Assembly: GCA_027859235.1 (NCBI GenBank)
Contig: JAQIBE010000263.1
Coordinates: forward strand, 3,568-67,567
Direction: 5' to 3'
Source of the DNA: Desulfobulbaceae bacterium
GTDB lineage: Bacteria; Desulfobacterota; Desulfobulbia; Desulfobulbales; SURF-16
Length of the DNA stretch: 64,000 nt
The position numbers were made by a program, and so were the translations under genes. This document shows, piece after piece, positions 38,823-48,108 of the stretch (the stretch's first letter is position 1; the number at the start of each line of letters is the position of its first letter). The notes beneath the pieces are model-generated. The model saw nothing but the letters and a program-made list of their open reading frames with translations, was not told where the DNA came from and ran no database searches.

Positions 38823-40904
38823 TTATACTGTCCTACCCCTATTAGCAAGAAACCCGATATGTTGCTTACGATCAGGCTGCTTGAATGCTATTTCTGCCTT
38901 TAACCCCCGGATTATCAGCTCAGGCTTCAACTTCAATCCACTTATTCGGGCTTTCCTTACCACAACAGCAAAATCACCAGGGGTAAGAAATCGACATTTC
39001 TCTAGTTCGCATCGCCATTGTTTTTTATTTTCCAATTCCCCCCCTTCTTCTTCAAAAACAGCCACAAAGAGACTCCATGCCTGATCCGATTTTAGGTAAT
39101 CAAACTTTATTTTCAAATCAAAACGCCGGAGTGAAGCCTGATCAAAACAGTCCATCAAATTAGTGGAACACACAAAAACACCGTTATGCCTCTCTATTTG
39201 CGTTAACAGCTCATTAACCTGGGTTACTTCCCAAGTATGACGGGCTCCACTACGATCACGAAGAAAACTATCGGCTTCATCAAGCATTAACACAGCTTTC
39301 TCGTAGGTGGCCTCATAGAACATATTGGCAATGTTGGCTTCCGTCTGCCCGAGATACGGGCCAAGCAGATCAGAGCCTCTTTTGACCAATAATGGCCTGT
39401 CCAGTTCTTTAGCTAAATAGCGACCAAACTCAGTTTTCCCTGTGCCAGAAGCGCCATAGAGACAAAGCCGCCCTTCCCCCTGTCTTTGGAGCCCCTGGAC
39501 AATCCCATGTAAATCATGATCGGAATTGACCGCATCAAGGCAATATCTAACATGGGGCATCGCCTCAACAACTGGCTGCCGCGGATACCCCATAGCCATC
39601 AAAGTAGATTCCAGTAGAATTTCAAGCTTCTTTTCTACGTCTTGAGGGCTTTCCATTTTCTGGCACTGCACAACACCAACAGCTCTTGCAATGACTGCTG
39701 GTGCGATATTCTTATTATCAGCCAAAAGCTCCAACCAGTCTTGACTGACCGACAGACCCTCTAGGTAGCCAGTAAGAATCTCAAGCCTCGTTGACCGTGG
39801 AGGATGATCCAGATGGAGCGCAATATCAAAGCGTCGAACAAAAGCACTTTCCGCATGACGTATATCATTCGCAATCCAGATGGCCGGCACTTGGTTGTTT
39901 TCAAGACTGTTATTAATGCTCGCTTTTAGATTTAGAGCCCCTCCAAACCCCCTGTGAAACCCGGAGTTTTCCAACAAACTATCAATCTCATCAAAAAGAA
40001 GAATTGTATTTTTCTGTCTGGCCAATACCTGTTGTGCCAACTGAAATGCTCTCAGCCGCTGTGGTTCATCAAATGGTCGTTCTTCACCACCGATACTTAC
40101 TTCATACAGTTTGCAACCAATCGTCTTTGTGACCGTCTTTGCAAACTGGCTCTTTCCAGTACCAGGAGGGCCGTACACCAGGATATTTACCCCTTTTACA
40201 TGATGTTCGCAGGCGTGCTGAATATGCGCTTTAACCAAGGCAAAGTGATCGCCAACATGCCGATAATTGTTTTCATCCAATTCAGGATTACTAGCTGGGG
40301 TGAAGTAATACTCTAACAGGGTTTCGATAGTACCCTCAGGCTCCTGGAGTGCATTAGCTAATCCTTCCAACAACTCAAGGTGATCGTAGACCAGGTGCTG
40401 TGATCCACCCATGATGTTTCCAACCTTTAACAAGCCAGACTGACCCAGCAAACCCTGCCGGGAAAGTGCATCACAGACTTCTTGACGTGGAAGAGCAAGA
40501 ATGACCGAAAGTGCAAAGACAAGACGCTCTACATTCCCTTCCCCCAAGGTATTCATTATTTCCTGAAGCCCTACGTCCTCCTGCAGCACAACAGTGAACA
40601 CCAATATCTCCCTCTCTGCATTTTTCAGCCCAAGATACTCCGCAATCTTCTTGCCATTTCGGGCTAAATTCTCATTGAGTCCGGCCGGTTGTTTCTCAAA
40701 CTTCTCCCTCTGCTTCCTTAGCGTTTCGACAAATTCCTTTTTTGTCATCTCCTGATCAACAAGATGATCTAATCCAATAGGGGCAAGGATGTCTGGGTCA
40801 GAGGTAAAATTGTAATGTTTTCTCTGCAGCATTTTCCAACCTTTGAGCTCCATTAAAACTTTCAAAGCCCACAGAGAAACTTGATTCTTTTGTTTTTTAT
40901 TCAT
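38823..40904 (-). CDS. tandem AAA-domain ATPase (two Walker A/B cores)
   Basis: 693 aa; NILVYGPPGTGKSQFAKTV plus TILLFDEIDSLL; RLCLYGASGTGKTEFGRYLAKEL plus KAVLMLDEADSFLRDRSGARHTWEVTQVNELLTQIE. Confidence 0.9.
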   Translation of the reverse strand: MNKKQKNQVSLWALKVLMELKGWKMLQRKHYNFTSDPDILAPIGLDHLVDQEMTKKEFVETLRKQREKFEKQPAGLNENLARNGKKIAEYLGLKNAEREILVFTVVLQEDVGLQEIMNTLGEGNVERLVFALSVILALPRQEVCDALSRQGLLGQSGLLKVGNIMGGSQHLVYDHLELLEGLANALQEPEGTIETLLEYYFTPASNPELDENNYRHVGDHFALVKAHIQHACEHHVKGVNILVYGPPGTGKSQFAKTVTKTIGCKLYEVSIGGEERPFDEPQRLRAFQLAQQVLARQKNTILLFDEIDSLLENSGFHRGFGGALNLKASINNSLENNQVPAIWIANDIRHAESAFVRRFDIALHLDHPPRSTRLEILTGYLEGLSVSQDWLELLADNKNIAPAVIARAVGVVQCQKMESPQDVEKKLEILLESTLMAMGYPRQPVVEAMPHVRYCLDAVNSDHDLHGIVQGLQRQGEGRLCLYGASGTGKTEFGRYLAKELDRPLLVKRGSDLLGPYLGQTEANIANMFYEATYEKAVLMLDEADSFLRDRSGARHTWEVTQVNELLTQIERHNGVFVCSTNLMDCFDQASLRRFDLKIKFDYLKSDQAWSLFVAVFEEEGGELENKKQWRCELEKCRFLTPGDFAVVVRKARISGLKLKPELIIRGLKAEIAFKQPDRKQHIGFLANRGRTV

Positions 40905-41035
40905 GATGAATACCGTCCTATTTTACATATTATATTTGGCAAGATTTTCGCGACTATCATATTCAGGGCTTGATTGAACGCATGACTGCCGTACTCAGTT
41001 TGCGTTTTTGGCAACCCACAAGTCACAACAGTCTG

Positions 41036-41224
41036 TCAAAATCCACATTGCGAGCAGATGATTTTCAATTCTTTCCCGTTATAGATAATCACATCATTGC
41101 CAAGAAAATGGCCGAAGGTGACATGATGCCCACAATCAAGTTGGAACTTCTGATTTTGTAATGATTGAAGATACGACCGCAACACCTCTACATCCTGGTA
41201 TTCGGCCTTTTGCTTGCTAGTCAT
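41036..41224 (-). CDS. small zinc-binding-like protein (CGHH ... CSQCG)
   Basis: 62 aa; FQLDCGHHVTFGHFLGNDVIIYNGKELKIICSQCGF*. Confidence 0.6.
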   Translation of the reverse strand: MTSKQKAEYQDVEVLRSYLQSLQNQKFQLDCGHHVTFGHFLGNDVIIYNGKELKIICSQCGF

Positions 41225-41747
41225 TTGGTCTCAAAAAGAAGGTTTGAGATGGATAGATAAGTACCGGCGTCTCAGAGTTGAGCTCCGTTGTTGAACAGTG
41301 CCTACGGTTAACAACTTTGCGACCATCAGAATCATTGAGAATCATCTGCTTAGAGGTGATTTCCTTCACCACAGTCCAGTGCCCCCATTTACTGGTTTCG
41401 ATGACTATGATGACTGATCGTGGCTCATCTGAATTCAAAAAACCAGTAAGCGTATCCCAATACTCGTCAATAGACACCTTTGCCCTTCGGTGGAATGGTT
41501 TTGTTCGGATCAGGTCATATTGAGGGCAAATGATGTCCCTGAGGATAATAGAGAGATCAACTACGGAGATTCCGGTTGTGATGTAAACTGAGGCAGGCTT
41601 TTTCTTCTCAAGGGTCAAAACAGCTTCATAGAGCAGATCACTCCCTTCATTGTGGCTTATCCTTACTATGAGTTTAAGGGCATTAATCACAGCGTATATA
41701 CCACAAAGACCGTCAAGCTGACCTTGCCTAAAGGGCTCCCGCTTCAT
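41217..41747 (-). CDS. C39/papain-like cysteine protease-fold protein
   Basis: MKREPFRQGQLDGLCGIYAVINALKLI (Cys), SKWGHWTVVKEI (His), LNDSDG (Asp). ATG overlaps the upstream TGA as ATGA. Confidence 0.65.
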   Translation of the reverse strand: MKREPFRQGQLDGLCGIYAVINALKLIVRISHNEGSDLLYEAVLTLEKKKPASVYITTGISVVDLSIILRDIICPQYDLIRTKPFHRRAKVSIDEYWDTLTGFLNSDEPRSVIIVIETSKWGHWTVVKEITSKQMILNDSDGRKVVNRRHCSTTELNSETPVLIYPSQTFFLRPND

Positions 41748-42064
41748 TTGAAAATAATCCCTGGAATATCTTTGGCAGGTCGTACTTTCCAAAATTCTTC
41801 CAACTCGCAATCTACTTCAAGAAAGCCAGCCTTAAGCTCCTTTAGTTCAGAAAAAGATACGTAACCCCACTCCGCATTAAAATAGTCACTATTCAAAATG
41901 GCATAACCAAAAAACAAGTCATTGCCGTCATATTCCGCAATGTACCAATCACAACCACCTATGAAAAAATGTAAATAAATGAGCTTATATCCAAGCTCAA
42001 TATCCTCCGTCGCGTATAACTTTGGGATCTGGGCAAGCCGGTCTTTAGTTGGTTCATTCCACAT
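41744..42064 (-). CDS. DUF2958-like protein
   Basis: 106 aa; QIPKLYATEDIELGYKLIYLHFFIGGCDWYIAEYDGNDLFFGYAILNSDYFNAEWGYVSFSELKEL. Ends in TGA. Confidence 0.75.
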   Translation of the reverse strand: MWNEPTKDRLAQIPKLYATEDIELGYKLIYLHFFIGGCDWYIAEYDGNDLFFGYAILNSDYFNAEWGYVSFSELKELKAGFLEVDCELEEFWKVRPAKDIPGIIFK

Positions 42065-42184
42065 GGTTTTCTCCTTTAAAAATGATTAAGTAAAAAATCG
42101 ACACAGTGTCGATTTCCACAACGTAAAGAGGCCATCTCAAATCAATGAGACGGCCTCGGGTGAAACATTATTTTCGTTTACGCT

Positions 42185-42820
42185 CTACTCTATCAACATG
42201 TTAGCGAGAGATTGATTAAGTTCAGGTAAGACATTAGCATACAAGGCTGTCATATTAAGGCTGGCGTGACCCAGTTGTTTCTGGACAAAGCGTAGATTAC
42301 TTGTCTTCGCCAGAAGCAACGTGGCATAGGTATGCCGGGAGCTATGAATCGAGTAGTGAAGTGGAAGGTTTGCTGCTGCCACTGCCTTCTTGAAACTTAT
42401 TTCAAGGGCTGTGGTTGTGTAGTGGCGACCTGATCTACCAGCAAACAGTGGTGAGTCTTGACTAGCAGACTCCTGCCAGGCTCTTTTATGTGCAATATAT
42501 TGTCTTAGGTGACTAGCAATCTCTTGATCAAGGTAGACATCCCTTTTCTTTCCATGAGCGCCACGCCCCTTCCCGTGCCTGACTATCAGATAGTTATCTT
42601 CACCATTAACGAGGTGCAAATCACTCATCTTGAGAGCCGCTATTTCTGATACCCGTAACCCTGAATTAAGGGCCAAGTGAACAAGCATATACCGGGTCAC
42701 CCAAGTCTTACGGCCACACTTGGCATCCTGAGCCGCATTATATGCGCAGATAGCAAGTAGGCGTGAGACCTCGTGAACCGACAGAAACTTGTCACGGGTA
42801 ATGGAGTACCCGTTTCGCAT
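42185..42820 (-). CDS. tyrosine recombinase/integrase
   Basis: 211 aa; HLALNSGLRVSEIAALKMSDL, LPLHYSIHSSRHTYATLLL, VQKQLGHASLNMTALYANV catalytic motifs. Confidence 0.92.
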   Translation of the reverse strand: MRNGYSITRDKFLSVHEVSRLLAICAYNAAQDAKCGRKTWVTRYMLVHLALNSGLRVSEIAALKMSDLHLVNGEDNYLIVRHGKGRGAHGKKRDVYLDQEIASHLRQYIAHKRAWQESASQDSPLFAGRSGRHYTTTALEISFKKAVAAANLPLHYSIHSSRHTYATLLLAKTSNLRFVQKQLGHASLNMTALYANVLPELNQSLANMLIE

Positions 42821-43520
42821 CGGTTTACCTCTAATTGTGTTTTGTGGGATTACTACAGATAGATTTTCTGGTCATGACAACCAACCAAATCAATTTGGTA
42901 TTATAACATATTTTGCAAAAAATGTCAATAACTAATTGATTTAACGTCCTTATTGCTACTTGAGGTTGTCGCAGAATTGGCAAGCATTACAAAATAGCTG
43001 TATTCTGATAGATGACCTAAATATTTTTTTTTGCAAATCTTCCTGGCTTATATCCTGATGCAACCTGTGGTTAAATTGGCAGCGTAATAATCAGTATATA
43101 TTCAACTTAAAAAAACGTAGGATGCTGTTCAAACGAGAGGAGCCAGCTCTTTAATGAGTAGCATGGCTAAACGGAGTTGCTTAGATCTGACTGGGCAAAT
43201 ATCAGAATCAGGCTTTATTAAATCCGAAATCTGACATTATCAGGAAGCATCTCAACTTGCAGTTTTGCTTAAATTGTTATGATTGCCAATGCATTATTTA
43301 GCTATGGTTCAAATTAGAAGAAATTAAAGTATGGTGTTCCCGATCTGCTTGTGTTTGAAATATAATTAACAAATTGGAACAACATTTTCAATTAATGACC
43401 TGTCCAGTTTCCCAAAACACCTCTTGTCGCTAAGTTCAAGGTTGGCAAAAAAAACTGGGCGAAAGGGTAAAATGTCCTTGGGGAAAGAAGGCGAGACTTC
43501 AGTGCTTTACCAAAAAGAAA

Positions 43521-43612
43521 TGGAGCGGGCGACGGGATTCGAACCCGCACTAATGGGGTGGCGCCCCGAACAGGCTCTGAAGGCCTGCGTGCTACCGTTA
43601 CACTACGCCCGC
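43521..43612 (-). tRNA. putative opal-decoding tRNA-Gly(TCA) with long variable arm
   Basis: Reverse complement GCGGGCG-TA-GTGT-AACGGTA-GCAC-G-CAGGC-CTTCAGA-GCCTG-TTCGGGGCGCCACCCCATTAGT-GCGGG-TTCGAAT-CCCGT-CGCCCGC-T-CCA. Complete cloverleaf, 7-bp acceptor, 5-bp T stem, anticodon TCA, T73, encoded CCA. Confidence 0.88.
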
Positions 43613-43672
43613 TCAAAAAGTTACTTATAGTTTGTTTACTCTGAAATATCAATATCTGCTGGAGGTTCTTTA

Positions 43673-44374
43673 TTGGCTAGGAAACTAAAACATATCGTCT
43701 TTCCTTTGAAGGCATTTTTAGATACCAGGCGAACCTTCAAGCTTCCTGGAGCTCAAGAGGGGGCAGGATTATCACCACTTCTTGAAATCAGAAAGCGACG
43801 TGGCGAAGCACTGCTTGTGGAAGCTTTTTTTAATTTTATGGAGGCGGCAAATGTAGCTGACCCATCTCGTCAATTAGAGTTGTGGGACACTCTGATTTCT
43901 AAGGGTGGCTATATCCTTGACTTGGCTCAGCGTATTGGCTTAATGAACTGTTTTACGACTTTGCCAACAAAAAAACCTGAGCAAGCAGCCTATGTTGCCT
44001 GGTGTATTTTTTTAGACAGCTTGCGCCGAGAAAATGATACAAATCTGAAAAATATAGCAACCAAAAGTTTATTCAAACATTATTTCATCGGCCTATACCC
44101 AGAAAAAAATATCAAAAAGAAAGAGAACCTTCTCACCCTGCGCCGTCGACTCGAGGGCAAGTTGCGCAGGCATTGGGGGCTGAATATGGAGTTAAAAGAA
44201 TCTTTCACAACAGAGAATGATAGCTGTGAGTTTTCAATACGTATAAAACCTTATGAAGAACCGCAGCAAACATTAATTACTCATACAGGAACGAGGCTGA
44301 AACCGACAAAGATTGAAGCTTACAACTTTTTACTGAAGGGTATCTCGGAGGGAATGTATAGACCCGAGAAGTAG
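43673..44374 (+). CDS. hypothetical protein
   Basis: 233 aa; TTG start with GGAGG 8-11 nt upstream; FPLKAFLDTRRTFKLPGAQEGAGLSPLLEIRKRRGEALLVEAFFNFMEAANV; divergent from the TCA tRNA. Confidence 0.7.
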   Translation: MARKLKHIVFPLKAFLDTRRTFKLPGAQEGAGLSPLLEIRKRRGEALLVEAFFNFMEAANVADPSRQLELWDTLISKGGYILDLAQRIGLMNCFTTLPTKKPEQAAYVAWCIFLDSLRRENDTNLKNIATKSLFKHYFIGLYPEKNIKKKENLLTLRRRLEGKLRRHWGLNMELKESFTTENDSCEFSIRIKPYEEPQQTLITHTGTRLKPTKIEAYNFLLKGISEGMYRPEK

Positions 44375-44953
44375 AGCTGCCTGAGGTCGTCAGTTTTCAG
44401 CTCGGCTCGACAAGTAATCATTGAATATGCTTTTCTGTAACCTTCGCACCAGGTTAGTTTGTGAGCCGATGTTATAGCTGAGTGTTAATCTCATGGGTAA
44501 TATTTGGGGGGGGCGGTCCTAACTATTGAAAATTATTTAGAATAACCCCCTTTTTTTGTTGACCTTATTTTGTGCATCTATTAGTTATAACCTCAAGATA
44601 ATTTAGAGGTTTTTAAAAAGAAGTCATGTAGCTAAATTATAATGTAACAGTTTCTCACCTGCTTGTCAGTTGGTAGACCTGGCTCATCACCAGTCATCGC
44701 CAACAGGGACAGCACTCTCCGATTAGAACGGACTGTAATAGGTGTCGCAAACAAAGTTATGAGTAGGTAGTTGTCGAGATTCGATACCTGGGTAACTGGG
44801 ATGCATATCGTCAGGTAAGTGACTACATGCTTAAAACAATAAAGATGGTTGCGATATCCAGTTGACGCGTTTGAAGGGAGTAAGCGATAGTAGCTCTGAT
44901 TAATTTGTATATTATATACCCTGCATTTCTTGAGTTAATAGTTAAGGATATTT

Positions 44954-47056
44954 ATGAGTAAACATACAGATCAGAAGAACTCTTCGTCATTTGACGATTG
45001 ATTGCATAACCCCAAAAATATTTTAGAAAAACATAGCTGAAGAAAAGTATATTTAATTTCAGCCCTCACTGCATTATTCATAGCGTCTCCAGCTTTAACA
45101 TTTTCAGCAGGAGATGATCTTGTCAGATCTGACGACCCCATATCATTAAACTCTGAAGAGACAGGGACTCGGTGACGTTTGGCCCATGAGTTTACCCTGA
45201 AATCAGATGCCACGACCAGACTTTGGTTAACGCCTGAATATAGCGACCTGACCAAGTTTAGTGTACGCGCAGGTCTGGCATACATGTTTACCAATAACCT
45301 TGGTGCAGGACTTCTAGGGTCCCTTGGTGAAGATAAAAATGAAATCCTGGTAAATGCTGGTTGGCAGTTGGCGGATAATCACCGTTTTGTGGCTACCTTT
45401 AGCCATCTTCAGCAAAATTTAGAGTTTAACTTTGTCTCAGGTGAAGACGAAGCAGAGATCACCCAGAATAGTGGGGGGTTGAGTTATCAATACCTCGTTG
45501 CCAAAGGCATCCTCAATACCGTTGAGTTAAACGCCTATCTTGCCGACACCGGCAGCGAAAAGCTTACCGACAAGACATATGGCATTGATACCGCAACCAT
45601 ATTCGAACTATGGAACGATCCTCGTCGTATTGCCGGGGGTAAAGTTACAGGTATACAGAGTAAGATCACCCTTCTTCCATTTTCTGGGACGATCTTGACA
45701 CTAGGCGCCGGTATGGAAGAGTTGGAGTATGACTATCTTGCTGGAGCAGATAAAACCAGTAGGGCGACGGGTGAGGTTGAATTAACCCAAGAACTACCTG
45801 GCAACTTTCTTCTCGATGCCTGATTTTCAACCATGGCCGCGATGGATACTTGTAACATTGGTCTCGCCAAGGATTTCTCTGGTCATCAACTTGGCATAGG
45901 TTATACCAATATTCAAGGTCGAGATGGCGTTTTGAACGATAATCAATATACTCTTTCATACAGCTATACTTTCGGAAGTAGCCAAAACACTTCAACCACA
46001 AGCGGTAGAGACACGCTAGCAACAGCTTGAAGTCCTGATAAAGAACCTGCTAACCCTTGGTCAAGCTCCCTGCTTAATCAAATCGCCAAACGCCCCAGTT
46101 TTCTGCCATCTCAAGTTGTTGCCAAAGTCGACACGACTGTTGAACAGGAACGACTTATCGCCATTGACAAAACAGGCATGTCAACCGGAGCAACCATTGA
46201 TTCCGATACTGGTATTATAACCGTCCCTCTAGGTGTTGCCGTTACCACTATAGCCTGAATTACCCTTGATGGTGGTCCATTCACCAATACGGGTCAATTC
46301 AGCTTGACTAGTGATGATATCATTATCAATCCTGATCTCATCACTGAACCTGCTGTCTGAGATACGGACCTGTATGTTGTCACTGTCAACAATTCTGGCG
46401 GTGGTACAACAGTAGTTTCAATTACCGTTAGCCACGGTTCGGTACAGATTGACAATATCACTGTGACAAGTTGAGATGCGTCACTAAACATCACAAGTGT
46501 TGCATTCTTCTGAGCTATACCGAATCAAACAAACGCTTCATATAATAATCTTATATTAAAGACTAACGTAGATATCAAATCTATTGATTCGATAGTTGCA
46601 TCTTTAGGTTGAGCAGTAACTATTACCTGAATCAGCGGAGACCAGGTTTCATTCAACTGGACAGGAACACCAACAACATGAGCTAACACATTCACCCTAA
46701 TAGCAACAGCCAACAACGACCAAGAAACAACAACTTCAACAACAGTTACAATGGAAACTCCTAACATAGTTCCAACTTTAAATTCAGTTTCTGTTTCATG
46801 AACTACATTAATTAGTGCTTGAGGTGATAATTATACTATTGTTCAACTTACTGATGAAGATATTACCTTTACTGCTAATTGAACCGATGCAGATTGAGAT
46901 AATTTGAAAATAGTGATTAACTGAACAATATATAATTGAACTTCAGAAACTATTACTTTAAATTTAGCTCAAGGTGAAATAGTACAATTTTATATTAAAG
47001 AGTTTGATTGAACTGATTATAGTAATGAAATATTGGTACAAATTGCATGAAGATAA
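44954..47056 (+). CDS. TGA-recoded (TGA=Gly) exported outer-membrane beta-barrel protein with Ig/cadherin-like C-terminal region, 700 aa
   Basis: Single frame ATG to TAA with 20 internal TGA codons (44999, 45038, 45173, 45821, 46028, 46256, 46358, 46472, 46511, 46610, 46628, 46679, 46799, 46820, 46880, 46895, 46922, 46937, 47009, 47048) and no TAA/TAG. Signal-like RKVYLISALTALFIASPALTFSAG; barrel ending YTLSYSYTF; C-term TANGTDADGDNLKIVINGTIYNGTSETITLN. Track ORFs 45179-45823 and 45833-46030 are fragments of it. Confidence 0.85.
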
Positions 47057-47057
47057 A

Positions 47058-47093
47058 AAAAATGAGATTAAATCTCGTTTTTTTTTTTTATAT
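47058..47093 (+). terminator. intrinsic terminator of the recoded gene
   Basis: aaaaaaTGAGATT-a-AATCTCGtttttttttttt immediately after the TAA. Confidence 0.75.
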
Positions 47094-47264
47094 ATATTTT
47101 AACATGATCAATTACTGAAAATCCACACCAAGAACAGTAACCCCTCGCAGCATTTTTGTTGCTCTTGTTCATCTCTGGTCTTCGAGCAACTAAGGGTCAA
47201 ATCTTTATTGTTGACACTTGCAACCAACACGCTGAAATCAGAAAAGAAAGTTACGCTTTACATT

Positions 47265-47304
47265 ACGAAAGGCAATTGAGGTTTTTACCTTAATTGCCTT
47301 TCGT
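47265..47304. terminator. long perfect stem-loop
   Basis: ACGAAAGGCAATTGAGGT-tttt-ACCTTAATTGCCTTTCGT followed by TGTTTTT. Confidence 0.75.
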
Positions 47305-47746
47305 TGTTTTTAGAGAGAGTTCTGGGGGCCAGTATATCTAACTCCTCGCCTCGCCTTTTCTAATCGCAAGTCTGAGAATTCGGAGCGTTTGCCTGTAGAC
47401 TTCAGCCGCTGTTAGTTCGGAGTAAGAAATTACCATATAATCATGTGTCGATTTGATCGAGGACGTTTTTGATGCCACTTCAAAGATCTTATTTTCTCAA
47501 ACTGTCCTCGGATTAACCTTCCTACTGTGAATGTCAGATTCGATAATGCCTTCCCACCAGAACTGTAGAGCTTAAGGATAGAATTTTCTGAGGGGAAAAG
47601 ACGAGCACCCTCCATTAGAACGGTCGCACAGGATGACCTCTTAGAAGGTTAGACTGAGCATGACACCAACTGCTTTTGGCGCATACAGCTGCACGAGTGA
47701 ACGTACTGTCGTCAACTTATTGACTTTTACAGCTGAAACCGACCGA

Positions 47747-47809
47747 TATATTTAAGATAATATACATAATCTTAAATATATTCATTGCTCACTGCAGCAG
47801 TGAGCAATA
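47747..47809. repeat. two adjacent palindromes
   Basis: ATATATTTAAGAT (47747-47759)/ATCTTAAATATAT (47770-47782), then ATTGCTCACTGC-A-GCAGTGAGCAAT (47785-47809). Confidence 0.85.
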
Positions 47810-48108
47810 TTAAAGACAAAACATATGACATTGACAGTCTATATACAGTAGTAACCTAAACTTGGGCTTAGTTGAGAAATTCCTGAGGTTGGATATGGCA
47901 ATGTTAACGCTTCAAACACTGGCAGAAAGCCGCAGGTTTACCGTCCATGTGCTTTGACTGGTTATGTTCCATTTATAGGCGACCTCCATCAATTTATGCG
48001 TGTCCTGGATTTTTTGTCTCTCAAGCGCAAGGCCATGTGAAATATGTGACCTGCCCCCTTTACCTGCTAATTTCTCAGCTTATTGGCCGGATGTGGATGT
48101 TGAGCTAC

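Noticed and set aside
43521-43612. A second selC gene
   Set aside because: The acceptor is 7 bp and T stem 5 bp with GCGGG/T73, unlike the GGAAG-type long acceptor of the true selC at 2272-2369.
45179-45823. Standalone 214-aa ORF reported by the standard-code track
   Set aside because: It starts at a TTG without a start context and is only the TGA-free middle of a longer single frame (44954-47056) that includes the leader peptide and C-terminal domains.
44954-47056. Interpretation as a decayed pseudogene or sequencing artefact
   Set aside because: Twenty in-frame TGAs with no TAA, TAG or frameshift over 701 codons, a matching tRNA(TCA) nearby, and a terminator right after the TAA are not expected from neutral decay.
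44954-47056. Interpretation of the TGAs as selenocysteine, tryptophan or UGA=Cys
   Set aside because: Twenty Sec or Cys in an Ig/barrel protein is implausible. TGG is already used for Trp. Contexts such as TDAD-TGA-DNL, VIN-TGA-TIYN-TGA-TSE and EFD-TGA-TDY fit Gly, and the linked TCA tRNA has Gly-type acceptor bases.
47345-47640. Possible IS256-like transposase remnant on the minus strand (61-aa ORF 47430-47615)
   Set aside because: FPSENSILKLY is vaguely similar to IS256 transposase C-termini, but no continuous similarity or terminal inverted repeats could be established by eye.
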